The notes under the pieces were generated by a model. The model was not told where the DNA came from. It saw only the letters and a program-made list of their open reading frames with translations, and made no database searches. From Vicugna vicugna (taxonomy: Eukaryota): a stretch of 56,307 bases of DNA. Of the stretch, positions 26,174 to 37,545 are shown in pieces; positions within the stretch are counted from its first letter, which is position 1, and each line of letters starts with the position of its first letter. The stretch covers positions 4,609,648 through 4,665,954 of the forward strand of contig MU058718.1 in assembly GCA_013265495.1 (NCBI GenBank). The letters are read 5' to 3'. Both the position numbers and the translations under genes were made by a program.

Positions 26174-28119
26174 ATGACTCCATGATGAACTCAAATATGA
26201 GCTGGTAAAAGTTAGGTAAGACTCATCTCCATTTGGATCTTGCTGTGAAGACTTTAGACTTGAGTCAACTTGAATTTATGTCCCTAAAAATGATTTTCTT
26301 TTTCTTGCTGAAAATATACAAAGCCATTGATTTTTGTTGTTGATTATTTTCTTGTGGTTTTGGCTAAACCACAGGAGCATGGAGCCATCTTAGGCATCTG
26401 TGTCTGCTGGCAGTTGGAGTAAGAGAAATACTATTATAGTTCTGCCTTATGGAATGAGTATTTTTAGGTTTGATTCAGTTAGAATTTTACCAGATTTGAA
26501 CAAGTGAGTTTTCTTTTTGGGGAGCACTGGAACCCGTCAGAGTGTTTCCTACGCTGCAAGACTATTAGTGGAGTAGAGAGGCTCCAGCCATCAAATTCCT
26601 TGCCCTGGGAAGGATACTGTTTTTCATTAACAGGGAACTTTCATTTTCTGGAATATGGTCAATAGTCAGGTGATGTTCTGGTTCACGGGAGACTCAAAGT
26701 AGCTGTGCAAATGTGTTCTCTCTTCTGAGTATTTGCATTTCCTGCTTTTCTTTTTCCTTGAAGAAAATTACTGCTGGATGACCTCCAGGTTATCCAAAAA
26801 TTTAATAATATTTTTATCGTTTGAGTGTGAGAGTTTTCTCATGTGTGATAGCCTGTGGAAATTGAGAAATGGGGACTGGTGAATCCAAGAGGATACTGGA
26901 ACTCCACCAGAGATGCCAGCCTTTGTGATGCTGAGCAGCTGAGTTATAGGAGCAGTCTGTGCCTGGATGGTGGCTATGGTTACAGCAAGGATCACACTGG
27001 AAGGTGCCTTATGTTGGATCTCCAGAAGGAATTAAACATAAAAGTTGTAACTTCTCTCAAATTCAGTGGTATACCGGTTTCATTTGGTTTCAAGAAGCTA
27101 CTAAGCATTTATGCAAATTTAAAAGAGGGGCGGTCTGAAATGTTCTCATAAGCAAAGAATTAAGACATTAAGCCAATACTTCTAATGCTTTAATATGCTA
27201 GCACTTTAAGAGAAGCTCTCCAAATATTTACAGTGAGAGCCAAACTGTAAGTCATATTCTTTAGCTTGCAAAAATACGTTAAATAGGTTACACAGAACAG
27301 TCTGTACTTGGGAAAAGGGCCTTTGATCATTGCTCGTGAAGCCTGAGATTTGAAAGTGTTCGTGTTCTGTTTTAAATGTTCACATCCCGAAGGGTCTTAT
27401 TTGACTCAGGCTTGTTTTCTTAATTTTTCCCAAAGTACTCAGAAAAATTCTGGTTTTTAACAGTTACCGTTCAAGGAACAGCTTTCACCATTGGGTTTTC
27501 CTTCTTTTGCCAGTTTGTCTTTTCTCCTCTGTTTGTTTATGGGGAATGCTGTCTTCTGTGTTTTCTTTTGAAAAGACTAACCTCTTGCCATGTCTACTGT
27601 TTATTCTCTGAGACTCTGGGTGTCTAAGGAATTCACTTCAGTATCCTGTCATCCAGTCTCTCCTTCCAGGGGTGTCATACTGATGAGAATTGTGTTACGT
27701 GGTTTGGGAAAGTGAATTTTTCTTTGTTTTGAGGGACGGCATTGCAATGACTCGTTCAGTCTTCTTATCTGAGTCTATCTTGGTGGAGTACAGAATTGTG
27801 ATTAAAACTATGAAATACGTATTATAATGGAACTGCTCTCTTGGCAAGAGTGACCTTGGACAGTACCCTCAATTAACTGTACCGAGGATACAAGTGTGGC
27901 TGTAAATGACCAGGCTGAAGTTTAATTTAAATACACAAGCAGCTAAAAATGGAACAGTTGGCCTTTTAACTGAGCTAAGGCATTTTATGATTCACAGATG
28001 GTTCTAGAAATAAAGAGGTGCAATAGATAGATACCAACTGCAAACCCGATCCTTCCCTGCAGGTACAAAGCTAAAGCCTGGCATTACTCTGGACCTACTT
28101 GTCACCTGTCCATGTGCAT

Positions 28120-28660
28120 GTGTTCCTTACCAGCTTTTTAATTTCTGGAAATAACCCTACTGGTACCCAACTCACTTAGCCTTAAGATCTCTGGGCCACT
28201 TTGGATCTTCTGTTGTTTGTTCTATAATTTTAGTCACTTACCAAGTCCTGTCCATTCCTCTGTTTGAAATCTGTCCCATCTTGAAGAGGGCTGTGCTTTC
28301 CTGTTAGTCTCACCTCCACAGCCCTGGTTCAAGGCTCGATGGATTATCGCAATAGCCTTCTGCCTCATCTCCTTGCTTTGGTCCCTCTTGTTTTAATGCA
28401 TTCTGTGTTGAACATTATTAATAGGCTCAGTCTTTGCAATGTATTGTTTTCATCAAATTCTGTGATCCCAGTTTAAAAAATAAAAACCCTCTATTGATTC
28501 CTCATGGGAAAAGTTCCAAACTTCTTGATCTAGCTTTTAAGCTTTTCTTTAATCTGACTCAAATTGATGTCTTCTTACTCCCCTCTATGGATCCAGTATC
28601 TCGAAAGGTGATTTCTTGACTTTCTTCTTTCACTTCTGCTTTTGCTGCCTCCCCTCAACC
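28120..28660 (+). mobile_element. L2 fragment (appears to resume at ~30215-30490)
   Basis: 'ggattatcgcaatagccttct...tccaaacttctt...aatctgac'; downstream part 'tcaaggcacaactc...gaagtcctccttg'. Confidence 0.55.
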
Positions 28661-28684
28661 CTCCCAGGGTAGAGTCTGGCCTGA

Positions 28685-29565
28685 CTCCTTCCACAGGCTG
28701 TGGGATTGGTGTTTTCTTATTTCTGGTATCTGCCCCCTGGTGGATGAGGCTGGTCTAGAGATTTATGCAGGTTTCCTGGCAGGACTTGGTACCTGCCCAC
28801 TGCTAGTTGGAGCTTGGTCCTGGACCTCTGGTGGGTAGGGACATGCCTAGACGTGTTTGTGGCTCAGGAAGTCTGCTGATGGGTGGAGCTGTGTTCCTAC
28901 CCAGTATGCTGTCTGGCTAGAGGCTTCCCAGCACTTAAGCCTACAGGCTGTTGGGTGGGGCTAATGATCCAATCAAGATGTCAGCCTCCAGGAAAGCTCA
29001 TGTAGATGGACACTTCCAGAATGTCCACCACCAGCTTTTATGTCCCTAAGGTGAGCCGCAGCTGTCCCCTACCTCCCCAGGAGAACTTCCAAAACCAGCA
29101 GGCACGTTTGGCCCAGGTTCCTATGAAATCACTACCTCTGCCCTTGGACCTGGCACACGTGAAATTGTGTGTACTTCCTAAGAGAGTGAAGTCTCTTTTC
29201 CCCAGTCCCATGGGGTCCAGGAGTTAAGCCCCACTGGCCTTCAAAATCAGATGTCCTGGAGTCTCCTTCTCCCAGTGCTGGAATCCCAGGCTGGGGAGCC
29301 TGACGTGGGGCTCAGAACTCTCACTCTTGTGGGAGGGTCTCTGTGACTTAATTGGGTCGCCCACCCTGGGTGTAAGGGGCCCGATTATATCGCGAGCACG
29401 CCCCTCCTACGGTCCCTCCTATTGTCCTGCCTGGGTTTCCTCTTTATGTTTCTGGTTGAAGATCTTTGTTGTTAGGTTCTAGTCTTTTTCTCAGTGGTTG
29501 TTTAGCAGTCAGTTGTGGTTTTACTGTAGCCATGAGGAGAGGCAAGCTCATGTTCCTACTACTCC
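28685..29565 (-). mobile_element. Isolated L1 5'UTR (terminal bases resume at ~30204-30212)
   Basis: Antisense L1 5'UTR text 'tctgccccctggtggatgaggctggtctagag...ggctggggagcctgacgtggggctcagaactctcactc...ctactcc|actgtctt'. Confidence 0.75.
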
Positions 29566-30199
29566 TAATACAGGAACAAAAACGGACGTGGGGCGTGAGG
29601 AGGGCCGTGTCCCAGGTCTCGGATGAGTCCCTGGGACATGCCCTGTCAAGTGTGGGTCCTTGGCTTCGTGCAGGAAAGAATTCAAGAGCGAGCCACAGTT
29701 CAGTAAAGATAGATTTATTTAGAAAGATGCATACTACCTAGAATGTGGGTGAGAAAGGCCACAAGGTGTGGGGGTTGGGTGCTCAGGAGTAAAAGTAAGT
29801 ACACGCTCCATAGACAGAGCTTAGGCTGCCTCCGAAGACGAGAGAAAAAGAGAGGCAGCGAGGTGAGGTGTTGCCAGTTTTTATAGGCTCAGTAGCTTCA
29901 CGTGCCAACAAGTGGGAGGGCCATTCCAACTACCCTGGGGAAGGGGCTGGGATTCCCAGGAATTGAGCGACCGCCCACTCTTTGATCTTTTATAGTCAGC
30001 CTTGGAACTGTCATGGCACCTGTGGGCGTGTTATTTATCATGCTAATATATTACAGTGAGCATATAGTGATGCTCAAGGTCCACTAGAAGTCATCCTGAG
30101 CCTCAAGGTCTACTGGAAGTTGAATCTTCCTCCATTTTGGTGGTAACTGCTGTGACATTTCTTGAATGGCTGTGCCCTGCCCCTTTCCATCACATCTCA
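29566..30199 (-). mobile_element. ERV1-type solo LTR, 634 bp
   Basis: 4-bp TSD ctcc (29562-29565 and 30200-30203); termini ta(tg)...ca; homologous to 36955-37545; minus-strand AATAAA near 29715. Confidence 0.85.
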
Positions 30200-31629
30200 C
30201 TCCACTGTCTTCGAAAATAGTCTCCCCTACCTGTTTGTCAAGGCACAACTCTAGTCTCATCTCTTGATGAAGTCCTCCTTGTTCATTTCAGCCCATGTTG
30301 ACCAACTCTTGCTCTGAGCTCAGAGGATACTGGAACTGCTAGAGGCCTGAGTGGTTGCTGAGTCCATTGGCTCTTCCTGCAGGTCATGTAGTTTGTACTC
30401 CTATTACTGTCTCCTCCACTAGACTTGGTGCCATATCACAATTTCCCATTCCTGGCAAAGTGTCCAGTACATGGCACTTGGCAAGATGATGAAATGAAAA
30501 GAAACTGAGACCCAGACCATTGGCAGCAGTCCTGGACCAGTCCTGGACCAAGGCTTCAGGATGTACCCAGTTCTTGTGGTTCTCAGTGTACCTCTGAGTA
30601 CAGGACTGGGTGGATTTTTCTCTTGTATTGTTATTTAATAATGCTTAAGTTTAATTCTTTGATGATTTTGGAAATAGCTCTTAAATGCCACTTCCTCTGT
30701 GTTCCCACTCTTCAGAGTTAAGGGTCATCTTTTTCTTCTCATTTGTGTTCCTCCAAACCGTAAGTCCTAACAGACCAAGTGTTGTGAGCAAAGTTGGTGG
30801 CAAGTTTCCTGAAGGTGTCTGTCCTTCTGTGATATCTCTGAGTGAGAGCACAAGGTTTGGAAGAGAGAGCATAGTTTTTCTGAGTGTTGACCATGGCTGA
30901 GCGCTGACTCTGGAAAGAGGTTTTTTCCTTCCAGTTTCCATTTCTGGTACACTTTTGCCTCAAACTTCTGGTTAAAATGAATTTTTGAGTGTAGTCGGTT
31001 TGTACATTTCTACTGAGAGGACTGGCATTCCCTTTTCTCCTCCCCCCAGAGTGGTTGGATGCCATCTGCTGTCTGCCTTCTAGTTTGGATAAATATCCAA
31101 GGGGATCATTGGACTAGAATCCGTTACATCCTCACTCTGACATTGGGACTTTATGGAATGAAAAGTTACCTAAGATCTTAGAAATGTGTCATGTTTCAGC
31201 TGGGGTGGCTATGGAGTACATAGTTTATATATTTTCTTGTAGAAAAGTCATTTTTTCCCCCTGTTGAGCCAGGAGGCAAATCTACAGGACTTGAATTTAA
31301 AACTTTTAATAGGCATCGCTATCATTCCATTATCATTCCACTGCCAGAGGGTGCCTGGCATGGCCAGTATGGCTGTAAATTATGGGCCCTTTATGATTGG
31401 ACCTGAAATATACTTAGCTAATTTACCAGAATGACAGCTCCCATCTGTGTGGTATTAGAGCATTTTGAGGTGGCCAAAGTTCTGATCTATTTGACTTGTT
31501 TAAAAGCAGAGAATGGTTTTTACCCTGAGAAGTTGAAGGGGGCAGGATTTGAGTCACTTACAAATTATTTCAAGAATCCATTTCAGAAGGGAAGCCTGTT
31601 TAGATCTCACACTTTAAATTAACACTCCA

Positions 31630-31980
31630 AGACCCGGTACATTTCCATTGTCGCCTTGGAAATGTCTCCTAAGTGCCCCTGCCGAATCTCTGTTCCCACT
31701 GTTTCTCCTTCCAAACCTCCTCACCAAAGTGGCTGCCAGATCTCTCCAGTTGCCTTTTCTGAGGCCAGCCCCACTCTCCATTCTGGGTAGCATCTCCCTG
31801 TCACGTTGATCTTTCTTAAACACCTGTTTCATCACGTCAGTTAACAGTGGTTTCTTAGAGAAAGTGAGAATTTTTGGTCTGCTAAGACGGACAAATGTGG
31901 CTGCTTTCCCCATCCTCAGAGTCAGGGCTTTGTGATTGCGGTACATCTCGCTTCCTTCCCAGCCATCTCTTGCAGCCTGG
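31630..31980 (+). mobile_element. L2 fragment
   Basis: 'ccactctccattctg...tgatctttcttaaacacct..ttcatcacgtca'. Confidence 0.5.
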
Positions 31981-32731
31981 GGACCTGGGAAACCTGGGGA
32001 CTGGGAAGGAACAGTAAAGCAAGAGGTTGAGTTAATGACCTTTCCCTAAAATCTATTAGATCTCTACGCATTGCTTTTGTAAGGGGACTTAGAAATCACC
32101 TTTCTCCGCGATGTCCTCCCTACACCTTTCCATTTCATAAATGAGTTTATAAATGAACTCCAGAGCCTGTAGTTCATCCAGCTATTAATGGCAAGATGTC
32201 TCGACCCCAATCTATCATTTCTCCTCTTCTTACTCTTCTGGGCTGTCAAGGCCCTCCATGATCTGATCTCTCCAGCTAATCTTTGGTTCTTACAACTCTC
32301 CAACTCAGCCAGCTGTTCCAATTAAGGTGGATTTTTAACCCTCATGTGAAAGTGAAAATCCTGTGTCTGCGACTATGTTCTTAGCTTTTCTTTTTCCTGG
32401 AATACTGTCCCCTCTTCCTTTTAATGGTCTTAAGTTTTATTCACTTGTGCCATGTGTTGGAAGAAGTGCGGATTTTAGAACCAGGTATTTAAGCATCTCG
32501 CGTGATCATGGGCAAGGGAGAGAGTTTGCTTCCTCCTAGGGTTGTTGGCCTACTGGAGACAATGTGAGAAATGGAGTTGTTTAGTTCCTGGCACATAGTA
32601 GGTTATCATAAAGCAAGATCTGTTTCCCATCTTTAGTCCCATCTCAAAGGCCACACAGTCCCCGGTGCCTCTCCTGACCGTCTTCTCTCACCTCCTCAGG
32701 ACTCAGTCTCTCAGCTCAGCCCGTTTGCTCT

Positions 32732-33060
32732 TTGTAGTGATTATCAGGTTGCACGTGGTTCACTCCCTTGTCCCCATGAGAGGGCCTGTCCGTCTCTGCC
32801 TCGTTCGTTGTGTTGGGCTTGACCATGTGACTCGCTTTGGCCAATGGAACATGAACACATGTGACGTGGACCACTTTCTTCTTAGGGAAACCATGTTTCT
32901 GTCAGCTCTCTCTCACCCCTGCTGCTACAAGAATGGCTTGTTGCACCCAGGAGTTGCTTGAGTCCTAAAATTAGAAAATGTGGGGTGCTGCGGGAGTTGA
33001 CCTAAAATGTGAGCACAGAAGAACTGTTTGTAGTTTTTAGCTTATGGGGATTGTTACTGC
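32732..33060 (+). mobile_element. Old MLT1 LTR
   Basis: 'gcttgaccatgtgactcgctttggccaatggaa...gtgacgtg'. Confidence 0.65.
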
Positions 33061-33821
33061 TGAAGATTCTTCCAAACAACTCGTTTTCTCTGGGTTAGTC
33101 CTGCTCCCAAAGTAGATTTAAACTTCTTTAGTTCATAAACTCAGGGGTCCAAGAAGTTTAACACATTCCACTCCTACAGTACTTCTGCCTCTGATCCTCT
33201 ATGCAGCTACATAACCAAAAAACCCCAAAAGAACGATGCCAGCCTTTCTTGGACTCCCCTCCCCTCATATACCTCCCTAGGGTTGTGCTACAGTTATTAT
33301 GGGGGCCCAGATTCCTGGGGTAGTGAGTTTTGTTCAGATGGCCATCATCCCTGTGGACACGGTGGACATGACCTCTTGGGGTCTGGGTGGCTCTATAAGG
33401 CCATGCTCACAGGATGGGAGTCTTCAGCAGGGTTACCTGATCCAGATGCAACCCAGGACCACTCCCGGGTCTCTGCGAATGTTACCAGTGAGCAAGGACT
33501 AGTTTCCCTCTGTGCTTGAGACCCATCGACCTCTCCCTCTCCCCTCTCTCCCCCTAATCCAGATGCACGTCTTTCCAGTCTTGGAGAAATCCTTCCTCTT
33601 TCAGATGTTTACAAGAAACCCTGTCTTTGCTCTCAAATTCTCTTCCCATAAAAATTGGAAAGCCTTGCAAGGTTCTGTTTTCCTTCCTTGCACCTGCTTA
33701 CCTGGAGGCAAGGAGCAGGGAGCTGACTGTACCTATCTGGCTGCAGTGGAAGGAAAAGGGAAAAGTCAGAGAACAAAATAAGTATTTCAAGTTATTATGA
33801 AACCACATTTCCGGTTTAGGG

Positions 33822-34032
33822 CAGGGTTTCTCAACTCGGCACTATTGATATTTGGTGCTGGATAGATCTTTGTTATGGGGACTCTCCTGCGCATTGTAGG
33901 ACGTTTAGCAGAGTTCCTGGTCTCTCCTCACTATGTGCTAGTAGCATCCTCCCACCGCTGTGACAATCCAGAATGTCTCCAGATATTGCTGAGTATCCTA
34001 GGGGTAGAACTGCACCCAGTTGAGAACCACTG
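33822..34032 (+). mobile_element. MER20 hAT MITE, full length
   Basis: TIRs cagggtttctcaac / gttgagaaccactg; internal 'ggcactattga.atttgg...cattgtagga.gtttagca...tgtgacaa...tgtctccaga.attgc'. Confidence 0.9.
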
Positions 34033-35802
34033 ATTTGGTGTCTGAACTGAGCTATAACCTTTGCTTTCCCCAAGACTTAGCAGAGTATTCAACCCACAAG
34101 GAGGTACTTAATAGATATTTTCTGGTTGAAGGAATAAAAGTAGTGAGTTTTAGTTACATTTGGGCTGGTGGAGGGGGTTGGGGGCTGCAGTTCCTTTTTA
34201 GTGGGGGAAGTGAAGGAAAACAAATGAGTTTGTCTTAAAAACATTTCTCCTTCCCCACCCTGTTGCAGGGATGCCATCTAGATGGGTGAATTCTCAAACC
34301 AGTGATTGTTCCTGAGGGATGCTAATGAAATTCTGAATTCAGTCACTCAACCAGTGTGGTGATTAGCAAAAAGTTGCTTGAGGAAGAATATTTATGAAAA
34401 GGAACAACAAAACAAATAATTTACACAGCAAGGAAGATAACTCCTAGGAGAGCATGAATCAGTCATAGGGTTCTTGCCAACGTCCCAGTCCCAGGGTCTG
34501 CTGAGGGATTTGTGAGAGTGAAGGATGAAAAGGTGAATTGAAATCCCACGTGCTGATAAAGCTGCATATGCTGTCGTGGCTCCTGGGCTTCTGAAGACCT
34601 TTTTCACTGACAGGAGCTTTTCCCTTGAAAGGTGAGGTCTTTTGACATGAGGTTTCCTTAGTGGGGTGAGGATCCCATACTGGGCAAGAGAAGAGAATAT
34701 ATGTTCTTTGAGTAGGAGAGGTGAGTCTTGTGTGTGAGTGAGTGCGTGTGTGTTTGTGTTAGAGTTGAGAAAGGCATTACAGGAAAACGGTTACTTATGT
34801 TTTATAGGAAACTAATCCTCCCTCTTTTCTTGGATACAACGGCAACCCAACTACGAAGGTAAAAAGACTAGCGAGGGATTAGCATCACTCACGTTCCCTG
34901 CTGCTTATTGCCTGGTTACAGCGAACGAGGCGCTTTTATCTTCAGACACACAACAGATCTTCTGTCATCTTGGATTTTTGGAAATTTGTATGTGCAAACA
35001 CTTGGCGGAGCTGGTATCTTTGCAACCTTTCTTAATAATAACAGCAGACTGCTGTTCAGCACCTGGGGTACAATTTAGTGGGTACATCTCATTTTGGCAT
35101 ATGTGTGAAAAGGAAACCCTTGTGTGGTAGGATTACTTTACCATTATGATATTTCAGAAATCGCTGCAATTTAAATTACCATGGGGCTGTATTATTAAAG
35201 TGAGAGATTTATTCAGTTTACACCACAAATCCCCGGAGAGATAAGTGTGCCTATATTAGGGAAAATCAGAAAAGTAAATACCAAGTCTGGACACCATATT
35301 CCTTTAAGTAGTATTTTAGTTGTATGATGATTTTTTAAGGACAAGAGCAGATGGAGGAGGGTTTAATCAGAATGTGAAAAATTAGGCTCAGAAGGAACCA
35401 AGAATTTAAAAAGAAGCTTATTTTTTTTAGACAATAAGCTATAACTGCTGACCTTACAATAGCCTATTTTTTTTTTGCATTTTTTAAAAGACTCTACCAA
35501 GTGTGGTATATTTTCTCCTCCTTTCCCACCCTCCCTGCCAACTCTAAGAGGTTTCAGACTTACCTCCCCTAGACTTACCTTTCTCACTACCCTGAAAATT
35601 CCCCTTACTTTCTCTCGCCCAGTTATAGCCGTCAATTTCTAGAGATCAAGGCCCAGACTCCCTTCGCTCCCAGAGTCTCCCTGCACTTACACTGATCGGT
35701 ACACTGATGACTTGCTTGCTCAGGTGACCTCCACACTTCATTTCAGAATTTTCTCCTGGAACAGAGTTCTATCAGTGTACTCAAAAACTCGCTGTAGGCA
35801 GC

Positions 35803-35983
35803 TATAGAGAACAAATTAGTGGTTACCAATGGTGGGGGATGGGACAATGTAGGGGTGGGGAGTAGAAGGTATAAACTACTGGGTGTAAGATAGGCTCAGA
35901 GTTGTACAACACTGGGAACAGAGCCAGTGTTTTGTAATAACTGCAAATGGAAAGTAACCTTTAAAAATTGTATAAAAATTAAA
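35803..35983 (+). mobile_element. L1 3'UTR end
   Basis: 'gaacaaattagtggttacca...tgggtgtaagataggctc...aatggaaagtaacctttaaaaattgtataaaa'. Confidence 0.8.
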
Positions 35984-36954
35984 GAATGTATTACAGAGAA
36001 TAAAGCTTTATGGGATGCTAATGTTAATAGACATCACATGACAAAAGGGGCTGGTGTTGAAATCGGTTGGAAATCCCGTGTAGACAAAGCCTGCCGCCTT
36101 ACCCCCAGCTCCCTCACTGGACTTCTCAGTGATGTGAATCTCCAAAGTGGGAAAACAGTACATAGTAATTCCACATATTGCTCACAGATTTTTTATTTTC
36201 CTGTAACATCTATTAGCATTCCGTAGAACAGAACAGATGTTGGGAATGCTAAGTTAGACTCTGTGACTAGATGATGCTGGCTGTGCACATGCTGCTAATG
36301 AAGGGGGTGACTGAGATCAGAGGTGGAGACTACAAGCATTAGCGGGAAGTCAGGAAGGGAGCATTTCCACGAAGGTACCAGCTACAGGAGAGCAAGACAA
36401 ATGGTCAGTAAATCTGATCCGGTTCCAGATAGGCACTGAGAACCTAGTAGACAGGGTGACATATCCCGGGGCTTGTGGGATAGAGAAATGCCTTCGAAAA
36501 TGCTGTGCTAAAATTGTCAGAAAATCAAGATGGGAAAGAGATAGGAGTGAGCGTGATTATTCATACATTCACCAGATATTTATTGAGTATTTAATATGTA
36601 TTAGAGATAGGGTTTCAGGAATGAAGTCGCCAAGAATGACTTGCCCAGAGAGCTTGATGTTCAGAATTTGGAGTGGAGAGGAAGAGGAAGTGGGGAAACC
36701 AGATCCTCAAGACATCTGTGCAGATGTTGAGAAGCAAGAGTAGGGAGTGGTCTGCCGGAGTTGGACTACTCAGGAGCATGCTGGCGCTTCTGGCCTGGGG
36801 GCAGGGCATTCTCTGTAATTCCCAAACCCTACTGCTTAGCAGGATGCAGGCTGTCGACACACAGCCTGATGGCTTAGTAAGAGCAGGACCAGCTGGAGTC
36901 GGCCCAGGGGACCTAGCCATCCATGCCGTGACGGAAACAAGGACAAACTCCTTG

Positions 36955-37545
36955 TGTTGCTGAATAGGTTCTTGGTTCGCGCGGGAAGAATTGAAGAGTG
37001 AGGCATAGGAAAGTGAAAGCAAGTTTATTTAGAGAGACGCATATTCCATAGACAGAGTGGGGTCCATCTCACTCAGAAGGGAGAGAGGCTTAGGAGATAG
37101 ACGGTCCATAGGCAGAATGTGGGCCATCTCAGAATGAGAGAGGGAGAGACCAAGAGGTGTGGGGTGTTTAGTTTAAAGTATAAGTAGATACATACTCCAT
37201 AGACAGGGTGCGGGCCATCTCAGAAGGCGAGAGAGAGAGAGCGACCATGAGGAGTGGGGTTGTTAGTTTTTATGGGCTCAGTAATTTCACATGCTAATGG
37301 GTAGAAAGATTATTGCAAGTACTTTGGGTAAGAGGCAGGGATTTCCAGGGATCGAGCTCCTGTCCACTTTTTGACCTTTTACAGTCAGCCCAGGAACAGT
37401 CCTGGTGCCTGTGGGTGTGCCTCGAGGCTCAGGGTCTACTGGAAGTCGACTCTTCCGCCATCTTGGGTTGAACCAGTTTGTCTTGTTCTTAGCTGCTGTG
37501 TCACTCCTTCAATGGTTGTGCTCTGCCCTCTTCCCTCCTATCTCA
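36955..37545 (-). mobile_element. ERV1-type solo LTR, 591 bp
   Basis: TG...CA termini; 4-bp TSD cttg (36951-36954 and 37546-37549); minus-strand AATAAA near 37024. Confidence 0.9.
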
